Below, in pieces: positions 26,731 through 36,775 of a DNA stretch of 51,112 nucleotides. A model generated the notes under the pieces. The model saw only the letters and a program-made list of their open reading frames with translations, did not search any database and was not told the DNA's origin. The position numbers and the translations under genes are program-made. Each line of letters opens with the position of its first letter. Positions within the stretch are counted from its first letter, which is position 1. Source of the DNA: a virus (Duplodnaviria; Caudoviricetes); IMG/VR virus record IMGVR_UViG_3300049180_000045, positions 1 to 51,112 of that record; one strand, 5' to 3'.

Positions 26731-27092
26731 TGAGTCTGATTGAAGTCGATCCGAACGGGCCCGCGAACACGACCGCGAGTAGGACCGAATTGGAACTCTC
26801 GACCTTAGAGGTTCGACGGCAAGAGTTGTTGGAACAGAAAGCTAAGGAGGACGAGATCAAGTCCTTGGTCTCCGTTCATGTGCGTCGTCTTGCGATTCGT
26901 CTTCACAAAGGACTTTGCCCGACGAGTCACGACAATCTCGCGTGCACCTGGTACACGGATCCCCATGCCGATAACGTGAACGCGGCGGATTGGACAGAGG
27001 TTCAACACACTCGCTGGTTGGGAATAGCTCAGCTTGGCGTTGCGATTCAACGCGAGGAGCTGTGGACGGTCGAAGAGCCGTCGGGAGAGTGA
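26730..27092 (+). CDS. Hypothetical protein (His/Cys/Trp motif)
   Basis: 1-nt overlap with upstream gene. LAIRLH..LC...H...ACTW. Confidence 0.7.
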   Translation: MSLIEVDPNGPANTTASRTELELSTLEVRRQELLEQKAKEDEIKSLVSVHVRRLAIRLHKGLCPTSHDNLACTWYTDPHADNVNAADWTEVQHTRWLGIAQLGVAIQREELWTVEEPSGE

Positions 27093-27095
27093 TCC

Positions 27096-27626
27096 GTGCC
27101 TGCTGACTGGCAAGCGATCGAGAGTGTCCTACAATCCTTCGTCGCGCGTGCGTCTGGGTTACCTGGTAACACCGTCATATGGGAGATCCAGAACGGCGCG
27201 CGGCCGACCGGAACCTTCGCAACCGTTCGGATCGACGGCGACATTACCTCGGGTCTTTACGCTGAACAGACCGAGCGAGACAATCCAACCCCGACACCTG
27301 GTCACGAAATCCTGATTGAGACTCGCGAAGATGCCGAGTTCACTTTCACCGTTCAAGCTTTCTCGACGAGCGCGATCGGTAACATGTCGGCGCGAGCGAT
27401 TCTGACGCGGGTCCGAAACGCGCTGTCGAAGGAAAGCGAGCTTAACAATTTTGACAGTTTGGGTCTGGCATTCATTGACAAGAGCCCTATTCAAAGCGTC
27501 CCCGTTCTGATAGAAACGCAATACCAGGGACACGCGACGCTTGACATGCGATTCCGTGTCGCCGACGGGACCGAGGACACGACAACGTTCATTGAAACGG
27601 TCGAGTTCGAGGATTCGTTCGACTGA
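27096..27626 (+). CDS. Tail terminator / neck protein
   Basis: Position before the sheath. Q...RP...F.T and C-terminal FIETVE. Confidence 0.8.
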   Translation: MPADWQAIESVLQSFVARASGLPGNTVIWEIQNGARPTGTFATVRIDGDITSGLYAEQTERDNPTPTPGHEILIETREDAEFTFTVQAFSTSAIGNMSARAILTRVRNALSKESELNNFDSLGLAFIDKSPIQSVPVLIETQYQGHATLDMRFRVADGTEDTTTFIETVEFEDSFD

Positions 27627-27639
27627 AAGGATTCGAGAC

Positions 27640-28983
27640 ATGGCCGGAATCGGCGACATCGTCAACGTGTCGATCACAACGCAAACGAGCCCGACGAAGA
27701 GTCCGGGGTTCGGAACGGTGGTCATCGTCGGCCCTTGCTTGTGGTGGGTCGGAACCGATCGCGTCAGGTCTTACGCGAACGTCGCCGCGCTCGTGTCGAA
27801 CGGCTGTCCCGAGTCGGCTCCCGAGTATCTCGCGGCCTCTTCGCTGATGCGTCAGGAGCCGCAGCCGACCAAGTTCCTGATCGCTCGTCGCGCGAACCGG
27901 CCGACGATGAAGTTCCGCCTGACTCCTGTCGCCTACAACTCCCGCGAGTACACGCTCTACGTCAACAGCAAGACCGCGACGATTACCTCGGACGCGACCG
28001 CCACGGTCCCCGAGATCGTCGCCGCGCTGAAGACCGCGATCGATGCACTCGGTGAGCCCGTGACGACCGCGCTCGTGGGGACCTCGGGAGCCGAAACCGC
28101 GCTCGACGTGACCGCGAACACCGTCGGCGCGTTCGTCCGTCTGTGCGTCGCGGACTCCTGCCTGTCCGTTCTGAACGTCGAGCAGACACACGCGGATCCT
28201 GGTCTCGCGGCGGACCTGTCCGCTATCCTGACCGCGAACTCCGACTTCTACGGGGTCATGTTGACGACCGCGAGCAAGGCAGAGATCGCCGCGTTCGCGG
28301 CCTGGATCGAGACGAACAAGAGGTTCTCTCTTCAGGCCAGCCAAGACAGCGCGATCGTGAACACGGTCGCGAGTGGTGCGACGGACATCGCCGCGACCCT
28401 GAAGTCGAGCAGCTACGCGCGAACCGGAGTCGTCTACCATCCCGACAATGCCGCGTTTGTCGACGCTGCGTTCTTCGGTGCAACGTTCCCCTATTCGCCC
28501 GGGAAGATTGACTTCAAGTTCCGGAACCTGAAGGGTGTCGCCTCGGTTCCTCTCGACGGAACGCAGATCGACAACGCGAAAGCAAAGAACGCGAACTTCT
28601 ACACGACGTACGGCGACACCGCGATCACGGCGGAAGGGAAGAACGCGGCCGGCGAGTTCATCGACATCACGCGCGACCGTGACGCTTTCGCGGCTGCGCT
28701 TCAGGCGGACATCTTCACCCTTCGCGCGCAGACCCCTCGCCTCCCCTACACCGACAACGGGATCGCGCGGCTGAAGAGTACGACTCTCGCGGTCGGTCAG
28801 CGTTTCACCGAGACCGACAACGATCCGAACTTCCTGGTCGCCGGCTCGTTCTGGATCAACTTCCCGCGCGCGGCCTCTGTCTCGTCGACCGACAAGGGCA
28901 ACCGGAAGTACACCGCTCGGTTCGGTGGAAAGATCGCGGGCGCGATCTATGCCGTCGACATGGTCGGCGAAATCACTCTCTAA
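27640..28983 (+). CDS. Tail sheath protein (DUF3383-type)
   Basis: DIVNVSI, PEY.AA, FK.L.GV, GEFID, PYTD.GI, GAI..V. Confidence 0.9.
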   Translation: MAGIGDIVNVSITTQTSPTKSPGFGTVVIVGPCLWWVGTDRVRSYANVAALVSNGCPESAPEYLAASSLMRQEPQPTKFLIARRANRPTMKFRLTPVAYNSREYTLYVNSKTATITSDATATVPEIVAALKTAIDALGEPVTTALVGTSGAETALDVTANTVGAFVRLCVADSCLSVLNVEQTHADPGLAADLSAILTANSDFYGVMLTTASKAEIAAFAAWIETNKRFSLQASQDSAIVNTVASGATDIAATLKSSSYARTGVVYHPDNAAFVDAAFFGATFPYSPGKIDFKFRNLKGVASVPLDGTQIDNAKAKNANFYTTYGDTAITAEGKNAAGEFIDITRDRDAFAAALQADIFTLRAQTPRLPYTDNGIARLKSTTLAVGQRFTETDNDPNFLVAGSFWINFPRAASVSSTDKGNRKYTARFGGKIAGAIYAVDMVGEITL

Positions 28984-29000
28984 TCTAGAGGTCTGTTCAA

Positions 29001-29423
29001 ATGGCGGTCAAAACATACAGCCCGAAGAAGGTTGTCGTGATCTGGGGTGGGCAACCGCTGACCGGATACGTCGACGGTAGTTTCGTGAAGGTCGCGCAGG
29101 CCGGCGATGCGTTCACGAAGTATGTCGGGGCCGACGGCGAGGTTTCGCGCGTCGCTTCGGCTGACGAGACCGGACAGATCAGCGTGACGCTGAAGCAAAC
29201 GAGCGCGGCGAACGACTATCTCTCGGCCGAGCACAGGACCGATCGCCGGCTCCTGACTGGGGGCAAGCCTCTGATCGTCGAGGACACGAGCGGTCGAACC
29301 CTCCACTCGACGGCGGAAGCGTGGTTGATCAAGATGCCGGATGACGAGAAGGGCAAAGAGATCAACGGTATCGAGTGGGTGTTCGATACCGACAAGCTCG
29401 ACAGCTTCATCGGAGGAAACTAA
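29001..29423 (+). CDS. Tail tube protein
   Basis: TYSPKKV, VGADGE, LKQTS..N..LS, follows the sheath. Confidence 0.9.
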   Translation: MAVKTYSPKKVVVIWGGQPLTGYVDGSFVKVAQAGDAFTKYVGADGEVSRVASADETGQISVTLKQTSAANDYLSAEHRTDRRLLTGGKPLIVEDTSGRTLHSTAEAWLIKMPDDEKGKEINGIEWVFDTDKLDSFIGGN

Positions 29424-29428
29424 CAGCC

Positions 29429-29986
29429 ATGGCACGAGAGACGACACGACCCCGCGTCAAGAGCGCGCGAGGTGAGATCGAGATCCTTCTTCATCAGCTT
29501 CCGGGTATGCAAGCCGGGACGCTGTTCATGCACCTTGCGAGCTTGCTCGGACCTGGTTTCGCTTCGCTCGGTGTGGCGCTGTCGAACGAAGGTTCGTCGG
29601 CACAGACGGCGACCGATGTCTCGAACGCGGTCCGCGAGTTGTTCGCGAAGGTGGATCGTCGCGAGTTCGAGTCGATCGTGATCGAGCTTCTCGAAGGTTC
29701 GCGCGCGAACGTCGAGGGAGAGTTCGTCGACCTCGACAAGTCCGGGATCGATTCCCTGTTCAGGGGTCGTGTCGCGAGCCTTTACTATCTCGTGTGGCTG
29801 GCGCTTCGGGAGAACTTCGCGAGTTTTTTCGAGGATCTCGGTCTCGCGTTCAAGGGCGATTTTCAAAAGCGGTTGCTGGCAACGATCTCGAAGAGGATCG
29901 GGGAGGCGATGGGCGAGACGAAGAAGAACGAGCAGACCGAGAGGAAGCCGAACGACTCGGCCTCTTCTGGCCGGCCGAACGGCTGA
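29429..29986 (+). CDS. Tail assembly chaperone
   Basis: Between tube and tape measure. ENFASFF with slippery T-TTT-TTC at 29824-29830. Confidence 0.8.
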   Translation: MARETTRPRVKSARGEIEILLHQLPGMQAGTLFMHLASLLGPGFASLGVALSNEGSSAQTATDVSNAVRELFAKVDRREFESIVIELLEGSRANVEGEFVDLDKSGIDSLFRGRVASLYYLVWLALRENFASFFEDLGLAFKGDFQKRLLATISKRIGEAMGETKKNEQTERKPNDSASSGRPNG

Positions 29987-30120
29987 TCCTGAAGCGTATC
30001 GCCACGCTCGAAGAATTGGAGACCTGGTACAGCTTCGAGGACATCTTGAAACGAAACCGCGCGCTCGACCTCATGCAACGCGCGGAAGCCAGACAGAACA
30101 AACCACCACAACCGAAGTAA
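29830..30120 (+). CDS. Tail assembly chaperone -1 frameshift extension
   Basis: The -1 frame is open to 30120 and encodes IATLEELETWYSFEDIL..N.ALD. No ATG precedes it. Confidence 0.7.
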   Translation, partial: RGSRSRVQGRFSKAVAGNDLEEDRGGDGRDEEERADREEAERLGLFWPAERLILKRIATLEELETWYSFEDILKRNRALDLMQRAEARQNKPPQPK

Positions 30121-30127
30121 GCCAACC

Positions 30128-31735
30128 GTGATCGTCACCGAACTTGCCGCGAAACTCGGACTCGAAGTCGACGAACAAGCGTTCGATCGTATCGAGCAAG
30201 TCATGACCGGGCTTTCGAAGGGTCTCGTCGGTGTGGCTGCGGCGGTCGGCGCGGTTGTGGTGGGTGCCGCTGCGGCGGTCAAGGAAACGGTCGACGCGGC
30301 GAACGAAGCGAGCAACCTCGCGAAAACGGCCGGGGTTGGAACTGACTTCTTCCAAGGTCTCGCGTATGCCGCACGCGAGGTGAATTTCGAGGCCGACGAT
30401 CTTCGCGACATCTTCCTCGATCTGTCCGAGCGCGCGGTCGACGCGGCCGGCGGTGCGAAGGAATACGCTAAAGTATTTAGCGATCTGAAGGTCAAGCTTC
30501 ACGACGGTAACGGCAAGCTGAAAGACGGCGAGACGTTGCTTCGAGACGTTGCCGACGGCTTCGCCAAACTACCTGACGGGGTGAATAAGAGCGCGCTCGC
30601 GAGTAAACTTCTCGGCGAAACGGGCGCTCGTATGTTGCCCATCCTCGCGAGGGGTTCCAAGGAACTTGATCGTTACGCGGATGAAGCGCGAGCGATGGGA
30701 TACATCCTCGACGAGAACGTGATCGCCGCGTCGAAAGACTTCAACGCGCAGCTAGGTATGGCAACGGGATCGCTCGTCGGTCTGCGTAACGTTATCGCCG
30801 GCCCGCTGATCCCCGTCTTCCGCGACCTGATCCGAGAGTTCCGTTTCGGTGTGGTGGCGCTGACTAAGTGGACGAAGTCAAAGTTTCCCGAGTTACTCGA
30901 AAAGACGGCGCGGGGGATCGACCTGGTGAAACGGAATATGCACTTGGTCAAGCTCGCGATCGGGACCGCGATCACGCTCCTGATGTTCAAATACCTTGCC
31001 GCGCTCGCGGCGATTACCGCAGCCGAGTGGGCATGGGGATCCGCCGCGCTGATTGCTGGCGCACGAGCAGCGCTCGCGGCAACGTGGGCCGCTGCGGCTG
31101 GCGCGGCTGCTATGTTGCCGTGGGTCGCACTTGCCGCTGCTATCGTGCTCGCGGCTGATGAACTGTACCACTTCGCCACGGGAGGAAAGTCCAAACTCCG
31201 GGACCTGATCAATTGGTTCAATACGAGCGACATCAGCGATTCGCAGTTCGTCAAGAGCGTTAAGGCGCTCGGTGCGCTGATCACTGATATTACAGATTTG
31301 AAGAAGTGGAACCGTCTTCTTCGGGTGTTCGGTATCGAGCCGCTCGATCTTGAGAAGTCGGGCGCGGTCAAGCGTCTGCCTGTCAATCCAAAGACAGGCA
31401 AACCCGAGGTTCCGGCCGGGGCTTACGAGGCTACTCTCGCCGATCCCACGCTTGGGAGTCTCTTCAAGTTCCTTGGAAGTCAACTCGGGTTCAATGCAAC
31501 TCCCAACGGGCCGACCGTGCTCGGTCCTGTGAACGCGATTCCTTTCGGGGGAGGATCGTCCCCTGATGCGTCGGTCGCGTCCCAACCCCTTTGGATGCGA
31601 GGATCGAACTTCAGCGCGACGTTTGAATTCAAGGGACCCGTCGCGAACCCCGAGCAGGTAAAGCAACAGACGACCGAGGCTCTTGACGAGTGGTGGAACG
31701 GCAAGCTCGAAGAGGCTAAGGTCGCCATTCCGTAA
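30128..31735 (+). CDS. Tape measure protein
   Basis: MIVTELAAKLG start, Ala-rich helical, hydrophobic central segment, 535 aa. Confidence 0.9.
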   Translation: MIVTELAAKLGLEVDEQAFDRIEQVMTGLSKGLVGVAAAVGAVVVGAAAAVKETVDAANEASNLAKTAGVGTDFFQGLAYAAREVNFEADDLRDIFLDLSERAVDAAGGAKEYAKVFSDLKVKLHDGNGKLKDGETLLRDVADGFAKLPDGVNKSALASKLLGETGARMLPILARGSKELDRYADEARAMGYILDENVIAASKDFNAQLGMATGSLVGLRNVIAGPLIPVFRDLIREFRFGVVALTKWTKSKFPELLEKTARGIDLVKRNMHLVKLAIGTAITLLMFKYLAALAAITAAEWAWGSAALIAGARAALAATWAAAAGAAAMLPWVALAAAIVLAADELYHFATGGKSKLRDLINWFNTSDISDSQFVKSVKALGALITDITDLKKWNRLLRVFGIEPLDLEKSGAVKRLPVNPKTGKPEVPAGAYEATLADPTLGSLFKFLGSQLGFNATPNGPTVLGPVNAIPFGGGSSPDASVASQPLWMRGSNFSATFEFKGPVANPEQVKQQTTEALDEWWNGKLEEAKVAIP

Positions 31736-31744
31736 GGTGCCGAC

Positions 31745-32320
31745 ATGGCCGTTACCCTCGCCTACACCCGCGACGATAAACGTCTCGAAGTAATCAAGAT
31801 CGACACCACGATCCAACAAACGCACAGTTCCGAGGTCGCGATTACCGAGCACCCTGTCGAGACTGGCGCGAACATCACCGACAGCGTTCACGAGAAACCC
31901 GACACGATTACTCTGGAGTGTGTCGTTACAGATTACCCGTTGAAGTCGAGCGGACTTCCTGTCGAGGCCGGTCGCGCGTCGGGTATGTGGGCTGAACTGA
32001 AGCGTCTTCAGAAGGTCGGGAAGATTTTCCAAATCCGGACCACCCTCGAATTTTATGATGACATGTTGATCCGCAGTCTGTCCGCTCCCGTGACCGCAAA
32101 GGAAAAGGGTGCGGTCCGGTTCTCACTTGTCGCGAGTAAGTTGCGTTTTGCAGACACCGAAACGACTGCGATCAAGCTGACGAAACTAACCAAAGCGCAA
32201 GGCAAGAAAGACGGCGGAAAGCAGACGGGCACCGAGGCGACCGAGGCGGAAGAAAGAAAAAGCATTTTGTACCGACTCGTCGAGCAGATCAACGCGTACC
32301 AGAAGGCTCCCCCGAAATGA
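31745..32320 (+). CDS. Baseplate / tail tube initiator protein
   Basis: ITEHPVETGANITD motif after the tape measure. Confidence 0.85.
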   Translation: MAVTLAYTRDDKRLEVIKIDTTIQQTHSSEVAITEHPVETGANITDSVHEKPDTITLECVVTDYPLKSSGLPVEAGRASGMWAELKRLQKVGKIFQIRTTLEFYDDMLIRSLSAPVTAKEKGAVRFSLVASKLRFADTETTAIKLTKLTKAQGKKDGGKQTGTEATEAEERKSILYRLVEQINAYQKAPPK

Positions 32321-32658
32321 TTATCGTTCTTCCGACGCGGACTGACTATCCGTTTTATTCATTCGAGATTGAGCTCGAACAGAAAACGTTCGAGTTTGAG
32401 TTTCACTGGAACGACCGCGATCAAGCTTGGTTCTTTACGATCCGCGACGCGAATCAAACCGACCTTCTGTCAGGGCGAAAGGTTGTTCTCGGGTTGCCGT
32501 TGCTCGCCCGCTTCCGCGATCCGCGGCTGCCCTCGGGGGAAATCACGGCGATCGACACGACGGACGATGATCGCGAGCCTGGTCTCTACGAACTCGGCGA
32601 TCGCGTGAAGTTACTTCATTTCGAGTTCGCCGACATTCCGCCTGCGTTCAAGGGGTGA
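32317..32658 (+). CDS. Baseplate protein
   Basis: F.F.WN.R...W motif, position. Confidence 0.8.
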   Translation: MIIVLPTRTDYPFYSFEIELEQKTFEFEFHWNDRDQAWFFTIRDANQTDLLSGRKVVLGLPLLARFRDPRLPSGEITAIDTTDDDREPGLYELGDRVKLLHFEFADIPPAFKG

Positions 32659-32661
32659 ACC

Positions 32662-33498
32662 GTGTCTCTTGCTTTCGGCCGCGTCTGTACTGTTATCGTC
32701 GACGATGTCAAGATCGCGCGTTTACGCGTTCAGTTTTCGGTCAAGAAAGGGTTGACCATCGAGCCGAACACGGCCGAAATCAAAATCTTCAACCTTGCCG
32801 AGACCACGCGCGCACGCCTGAAGCGTAAGGGGGCGAAGGTCGTTCTCTCGGCCGGATACGAAACCGGAAACGCGGCGGTCATCTTCACAGGCGACGCGCG
32901 CAACATCGATCACGTCAAAGAATCCGAGACGCTCTGGGTCACCAAAATCAAATGTGGAGACGGCGAGCGCGCGTACCAGTTCGCCCATTTTAGTAATTCG
33001 TTTCGCGCCGGCACGCCGATCGCCGACGTGATCCTCGCGTGCGGAAATGCCGTCGGTCTCAACCTCGGGAACCTCGCCGACGAGATTCAAAAGGGTAACT
33101 TTCGCGGCGGTCTGACGCAGTTTTCACATGGATACACGGGATACGGATCGGCAATCAAACAACTTAACGACCTGTTGAAATCCGTCGGTCTGACGTTGTC
33201 GATTCAAGACGGCGCGCTTCAAGTTCTCCGAGGCGGTGCCGCAGCACCTGGTCGAGCTATTCTTCTTAGCCCTGACTCGGGTCTAATTGGCTCGCCTGAG
33301 TACATAACTCCCGAGGACAAGTCGAAACCGTCTTTGATGAAGTTTAAGAGCTTGCTTCAACCCCAGATCCGCTGCGGCGGTGTGGTGGAAATGCGAGCAA
33401 AATCAATCAAGGGACAGTTCAGACTTGAGACCGTGCAACACACGGGAGACACCGAGGGGAGCGAATGGTATAGTGTCGGGGAGGGTAAACCCCTGTGA
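32662..33498 (+). CDS. Baseplate hub protein
   Basis: PNTAEIKIFNL, L.AGY, SIQDG, GLIGSP, H.GDT...W. Confidence 0.85.
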   Translation: MSLAFGRVCTVIVDDVKIARLRVQFSVKKGLTIEPNTAEIKIFNLAETTRARLKRKGAKVVLSAGYETGNAAVIFTGDARNIDHVKESETLWVTKIKCGDGERAYQFAHFSNSFRAGTPIADVILACGNAVGLNLGNLADEIQKGNFRGGLTQFSHGYTGYGSAIKQLNDLLKSVGLTLSIQDGALQVLRGGAAAPGRAILLSPDSGLIGSPEYITPEDKSKPSLMKFKSLLQPQIRCGGVVEMRAKSIKGQFRLETVQHTGDTEGSEWYSVGEGKPL

Positions 33499-34184
33499 CC
33501 TCGCCCCGTAATACCAACCTCGCAGGACTCGTCGACCATGCCGTTACGAGACGGCTCGCGGACATGCGCGTGTCCGCACCTGGTCGCCTGGAATCGTTCG
33601 ACCCCAACACGCAACTCGCGAGCGTGAAGATACTTCTGCGCGAGACGTGGTTCGACGAAGAGGGGAAAGAACAAAGCGAGACGGTTCCGATTATCGTCGA
33701 CGTGCCTGTTCAGTTCCCGGGCGCGGGTGAATACTCACTCACGTTCCCTCCCAAAGAAGGCGATCCGGTCCTGGTTATTTTTGCCGACCGCTCGATCGAC
33801 AAGTGGCTCGATACTGGCGATGAAGTCGATCCCGTGGACCTTCGCCGGCATCACTTGACAGACGCTTTCGCCTTGCTCGGATTCCGGCCGCGTCCAAAAG
33901 CGCTGACAGGTTTCGATAACGAGAACGCGACGATCGGCCGTGACGGCGGTCCGCGAATCGTGTTCAAGCCGAACGAGATTGCACTCGGCGAGGCGAATCC
34001 TACTGACTCGGTCGCGATGAATCAAAAGGTACTCGACGCGCTGACTTCGATCGCGAATGCTTTCAACGCACACACGCACACGACCCCGAGCGGTCCGAGC
34101 GGTAACCCCACACTCGCGGCTGTTCCTACCACCATGACCGTCCCCGCGTCAGTCGGAAGCTCGACCGTGAAGGTGAAGGGTTAA
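33495..34184 (+). CDS. Baseplate central spike (gp138-like)
   Basis: VPVQFP, GD.V...F.DRSID.W, R.H.L.DA, C-terminal HTH metal-binding tip. Confidence 0.88.
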   Translation: MTSPRNTNLAGLVDHAVTRRLADMRVSAPGRLESFDPNTQLASVKILLRETWFDEEGKEQSETVPIIVDVPVQFPGAGEYSLTFPPKEGDPVLVIFADRSIDKWLDTGDEVDPVDLRRHHLTDAFALLGFRPRPKALTGFDNENATIGRDGGPRIVFKPNEIALGEANPTDSVAMNQKVLDALTSIANAFNAHTHTTPSGPSGNPTLAAVPTTMTVPASVGSSTVKVKG

Positions 34185-34187
34185 GCA

Positions 34188-34580
34188 ATGGCGATCAATC
34201 CTGGAACGGGTGTCGCTCGTGATTTGATGATCGACCTTGCGACGAGTGAACTCGTCTGGATCGACGGCGACCTCGTTCTCGTGCGTGGGATCGAGGCGAT
34301 CAAGCAAGACATTACGATTTCACTTCGGACCCACCTCGGGGAGTGCTTCCTTGATACGTCTGTCGGTGTGCCGTGGCTCGACCGTATTCTCGGGCGAGGT
34401 CACTCGAAGGATGACATTCGCGGTGTGCTGCGTCGCGCATTGCTGAAGGTTGCCGGGGTCGTGTCTGTCAACAAACTCGATTTCGATTATTCGCCGTCGA
34501 ATCGTGTTCTTCTCGTGACCTGGTCCGTGTCCACGGATCTCGGCGCGATCAGTGGCGAGACAGGAGTCGAAACCCCGTGA
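34188..34580 (+). CDS. Baseplate wedge / sheath initiator (gp25-like)
   Basis: GECFLDTSVGVPW motif. Confidence 0.85.
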   Translation: MAINPGTGVARDLMIDLATSELVWIDGDLVLVRGIEAIKQDITISLRTHLGECFLDTSVGVPWLDRILGRGHSKDDIRGVLRRALLKVAGVVSVNKLDFDYSPSNRVLLVTWSVSTDLGAISGETGVETP

Positions 34581-35941
34581 GTACCTACGGTGTCACCCCG
34601 ACAGGGTTTGTCGTCAAGCCACTCGACGCGATTCTCGGCGACCTTCAGAAACGACAGCGCGCCACGTTCGGCGAGGGAATCAACCTCGAACCGCAGTCGA
34701 ACATCAGCCAACTAAACGCGCCGTTTGCTGAAGCGGTCGCGGAAGTCTGGCAACTCGGCGAGGCGGTGTACAACGCGAGATTTCCTGACAGTTCGACGGG
34801 TGTCTCGCTCGTGAACGTGTGTTCGATCACTGGCACGGTTCCGAAAGAGCCGACGTACAGCCGCGCGACGCTGATCGCTTCCGGCAACGCGGGGACCTCT
34901 CTTCAGGTCGGGCGCGTTGTGTCCGTCGCGGGCGCGGGGACGAAGTTCCAGACCACCGAAGCGGCAACCCTCGCGCTCGTCTCGGCCCGTGCCCCCCTGA
35001 CCGTCTACGCGGCCGGCTCCTACGTCTCGAACTCGGGTCGGGTCTACGTGGCCACGACAGGCGGAACGACGCAGGCCGGGGCTGTTACGCTCGGCACAGG
35101 GCTGTCCCAAGCTGACGGCTCGGTGACGTGGCGCTTCCTGGGGAACGGCTCGGGTGTCGTGACGGTGCCCGCGCGAGCACAGGACTTCGGACCGAAAGCG
35201 GCGGTTGCCGGAACGCTGTCGGTCATCGAAACCCCCGTCGCGGGTTGGTCCGCTGTCGTGAACCTGGTCGACGCGACGCTCGGCCGCGATCTCGAAACGG
35301 ATCCCGAGTTGCGTGTTCGTCGCGAGCTTGAACTGCGCGGGCAGGGGAAAGCCGCGCTCGAAGCCGTTCGTCAAGACGTGCTCGCGGTCGAGGGGGTGTC
35401 GTCTTGCCTGATCTTCGAGAACGACACCGACGTTACAGTCGACGGTGTTCCCCCTCACTCGTTCGAGGCTCTTGTTACCGGAGGTGACGACAACGCGATT
35501 CGCGCGGCGATCTTTGCGTCGAAGGGTTGCGGAATCAGAACACATGGAAACGTATCGGGGACGGTTACTGATTCGAGTGGTCAAATCAAAACGGTTATGT
35601 TTTCTCGTCCCGTTGACGTGCCCATTTACGTATCGGTTGAGATTGCAATCAACAACGACTCGTCTCGTTTCGACGGATCGGTGTTTCCTTCCAACGGAAT
35701 CGACCAGGTGAAAGCGGCGATCGCTCAGAAGGGCGCGAGCCTCGGGATCGGTCGTAACGTTCGTCTGTCCAACTTCACTGCGCCAATCGAGAAAGTGCCG
35801 GGAGTTGTGGAGGTCTTGTCGTTCGAGCTTGGCCTTACCGCGTCGACTTCGGCCGCAAACATCACCATCGATCCACGAGAGCGCGCCTCGTTCCACGCCG
35901 ATCGGATCGCCGTAACCACCTCGATCGCGAGCGAGCAATGA
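34577..35941 (+). CDS. Baseplate J-like protein with inserted carbohydrate-binding-like module
   Basis: YGVTPTGF, G.D.ETD.ELR.R, ENDT, PPHS, FSRP. Confidence 0.9.
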   Translation: MSTYGVTPTGFVVKPLDAILGDLQKRQRATFGEGINLEPQSNISQLNAPFAEAVAEVWQLGEAVYNARFPDSSTGVSLVNVCSITGTVPKEPTYSRATLIASGNAGTSLQVGRVVSVAGAGTKFQTTEAATLALVSARAPLTVYAAGSYVSNSGRVYVATTGGTTQAGAVTLGTGLSQADGSVTWRFLGNGSGVVTVPARAQDFGPKAAVAGTLSVIETPVAGWSAVVNLVDATLGRDLETDPELRVRRELELRGQGKAALEAVRQDVLAVEGVSSCLIFENDTDVTVDGVPPHSFEALVTGGDDNAIRAAIFASKGCGIRTHGNVSGTVTDSSGQIKTVMFSRPVDVPIYVSVEIAINNDSSRFDGSVFPSNGIDQVKAAIAQKGASLGIGRNVRLSNFTAPIEKVPGVVEVLSFELGLTASTSAANITIDPRERASFHADRIAVTTSIASEQ

Positions 35942-36762
35942 TAACGAAGATTACTGATCACGTTGACCGAGCGCTTGCGCGGCTGATCGGCCAGTTCCGA
36001 CATAGTGCGTCACACCGAGGATTACTCGCGTCTTATATAGCGGAAGTGCAAGAAGTGGAAAACGCGCTGTTCGATATTCTCGTTCAGAGTTCGATCGCGG
36101 ACGCGACGGGCGCACAGCTCGACGGTCTCGGACAGATTCTCGGCGAACGACGTAACGGTCGAGAGGACGACGTATATCGTCAAGCGGTAGCGGCTCGCTT
36201 CTTTCTTAACAAAGCGTCTGGAACGATAGAGGAAGTGTTGCAACTCTTCAGGTTGATCACCGACGCAAGCCCATACCTTGACGAATACTTCCCTGCCGCA
36301 TTCGTGCTTCGCCTTGAAGATGTCCCGATCGAAGATCCAGCAAACCTCGCGTTGATGTTGCGAGCTGTCAAGGTCGCGGCGGTTCGCGCCGTACTTCACT
36401 ATCTCGCGGCCCCGCGCGCCGAAAGTCTCATCCTGGGAACACTCGTCAGTCCTTCAACCACCCTAATTTCAAGTATGGGGACGGACAGCGATGAAGCCTT
36501 TGTTTCGAGTGTCTCTCAATTCTCCATCGGTGATTTTGTAACCATTGGTTACGGATTACCGACGGCCGAAACACTACAAATTGCCTCGATCGATGCTGTG
36601 CCTGAACCTCTTCTTACACTTCAAATTCAAACGGCGCACTCACACACCGCTGGGGAGATTATACAAAACGCGACCGCACGCGTTCCCGTCTCGATGGGCG
36701 GCCTCACACTCGACGGGGTTGTTTCCACAGGATCCGCAGGTAAACTCGCAGGCGTCGTCTGA
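35938..36762 (+). CDS. Baseplate wedge / tail fibre attachment protein (DUF2612-like) with C-terminal extension
   Basis: ATGAQLDGLGQILGERR...DD.YR. Confidence 0.8.
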   Translation: MITKITDHVDRALARLIGQFRHSASHRGLLASYIAEVQEVENALFDILVQSSIADATGAQLDGLGQILGERRNGREDDVYRQAVAARFFLNKASGTIEEVLQLFRLITDASPYLDEYFPAAFVLRLEDVPIEDPANLALMLRAVKVAAVRAVLHYLAAPRAESLILGTLVSPSTTLISSMGTDSDEAFVSSVSQFSIGDFVTIGYGLPTAETLQIASIDAVPEPLLTLQIQTAHSHTAGEIIQNATARVPVSMGGLTLDGVVSTGSAGKLAGVV

Positions 36763-36775
36763 CTAGGAGAAATGA

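Noticed and set aside
21556-35938. Long antisense ORFs (e.g. 22732-23922, 30893-32032, 34712-35938)
   Set aside because: Shadow frames of GC-rich, codon-biased structural genes, with no motifs or RBS.
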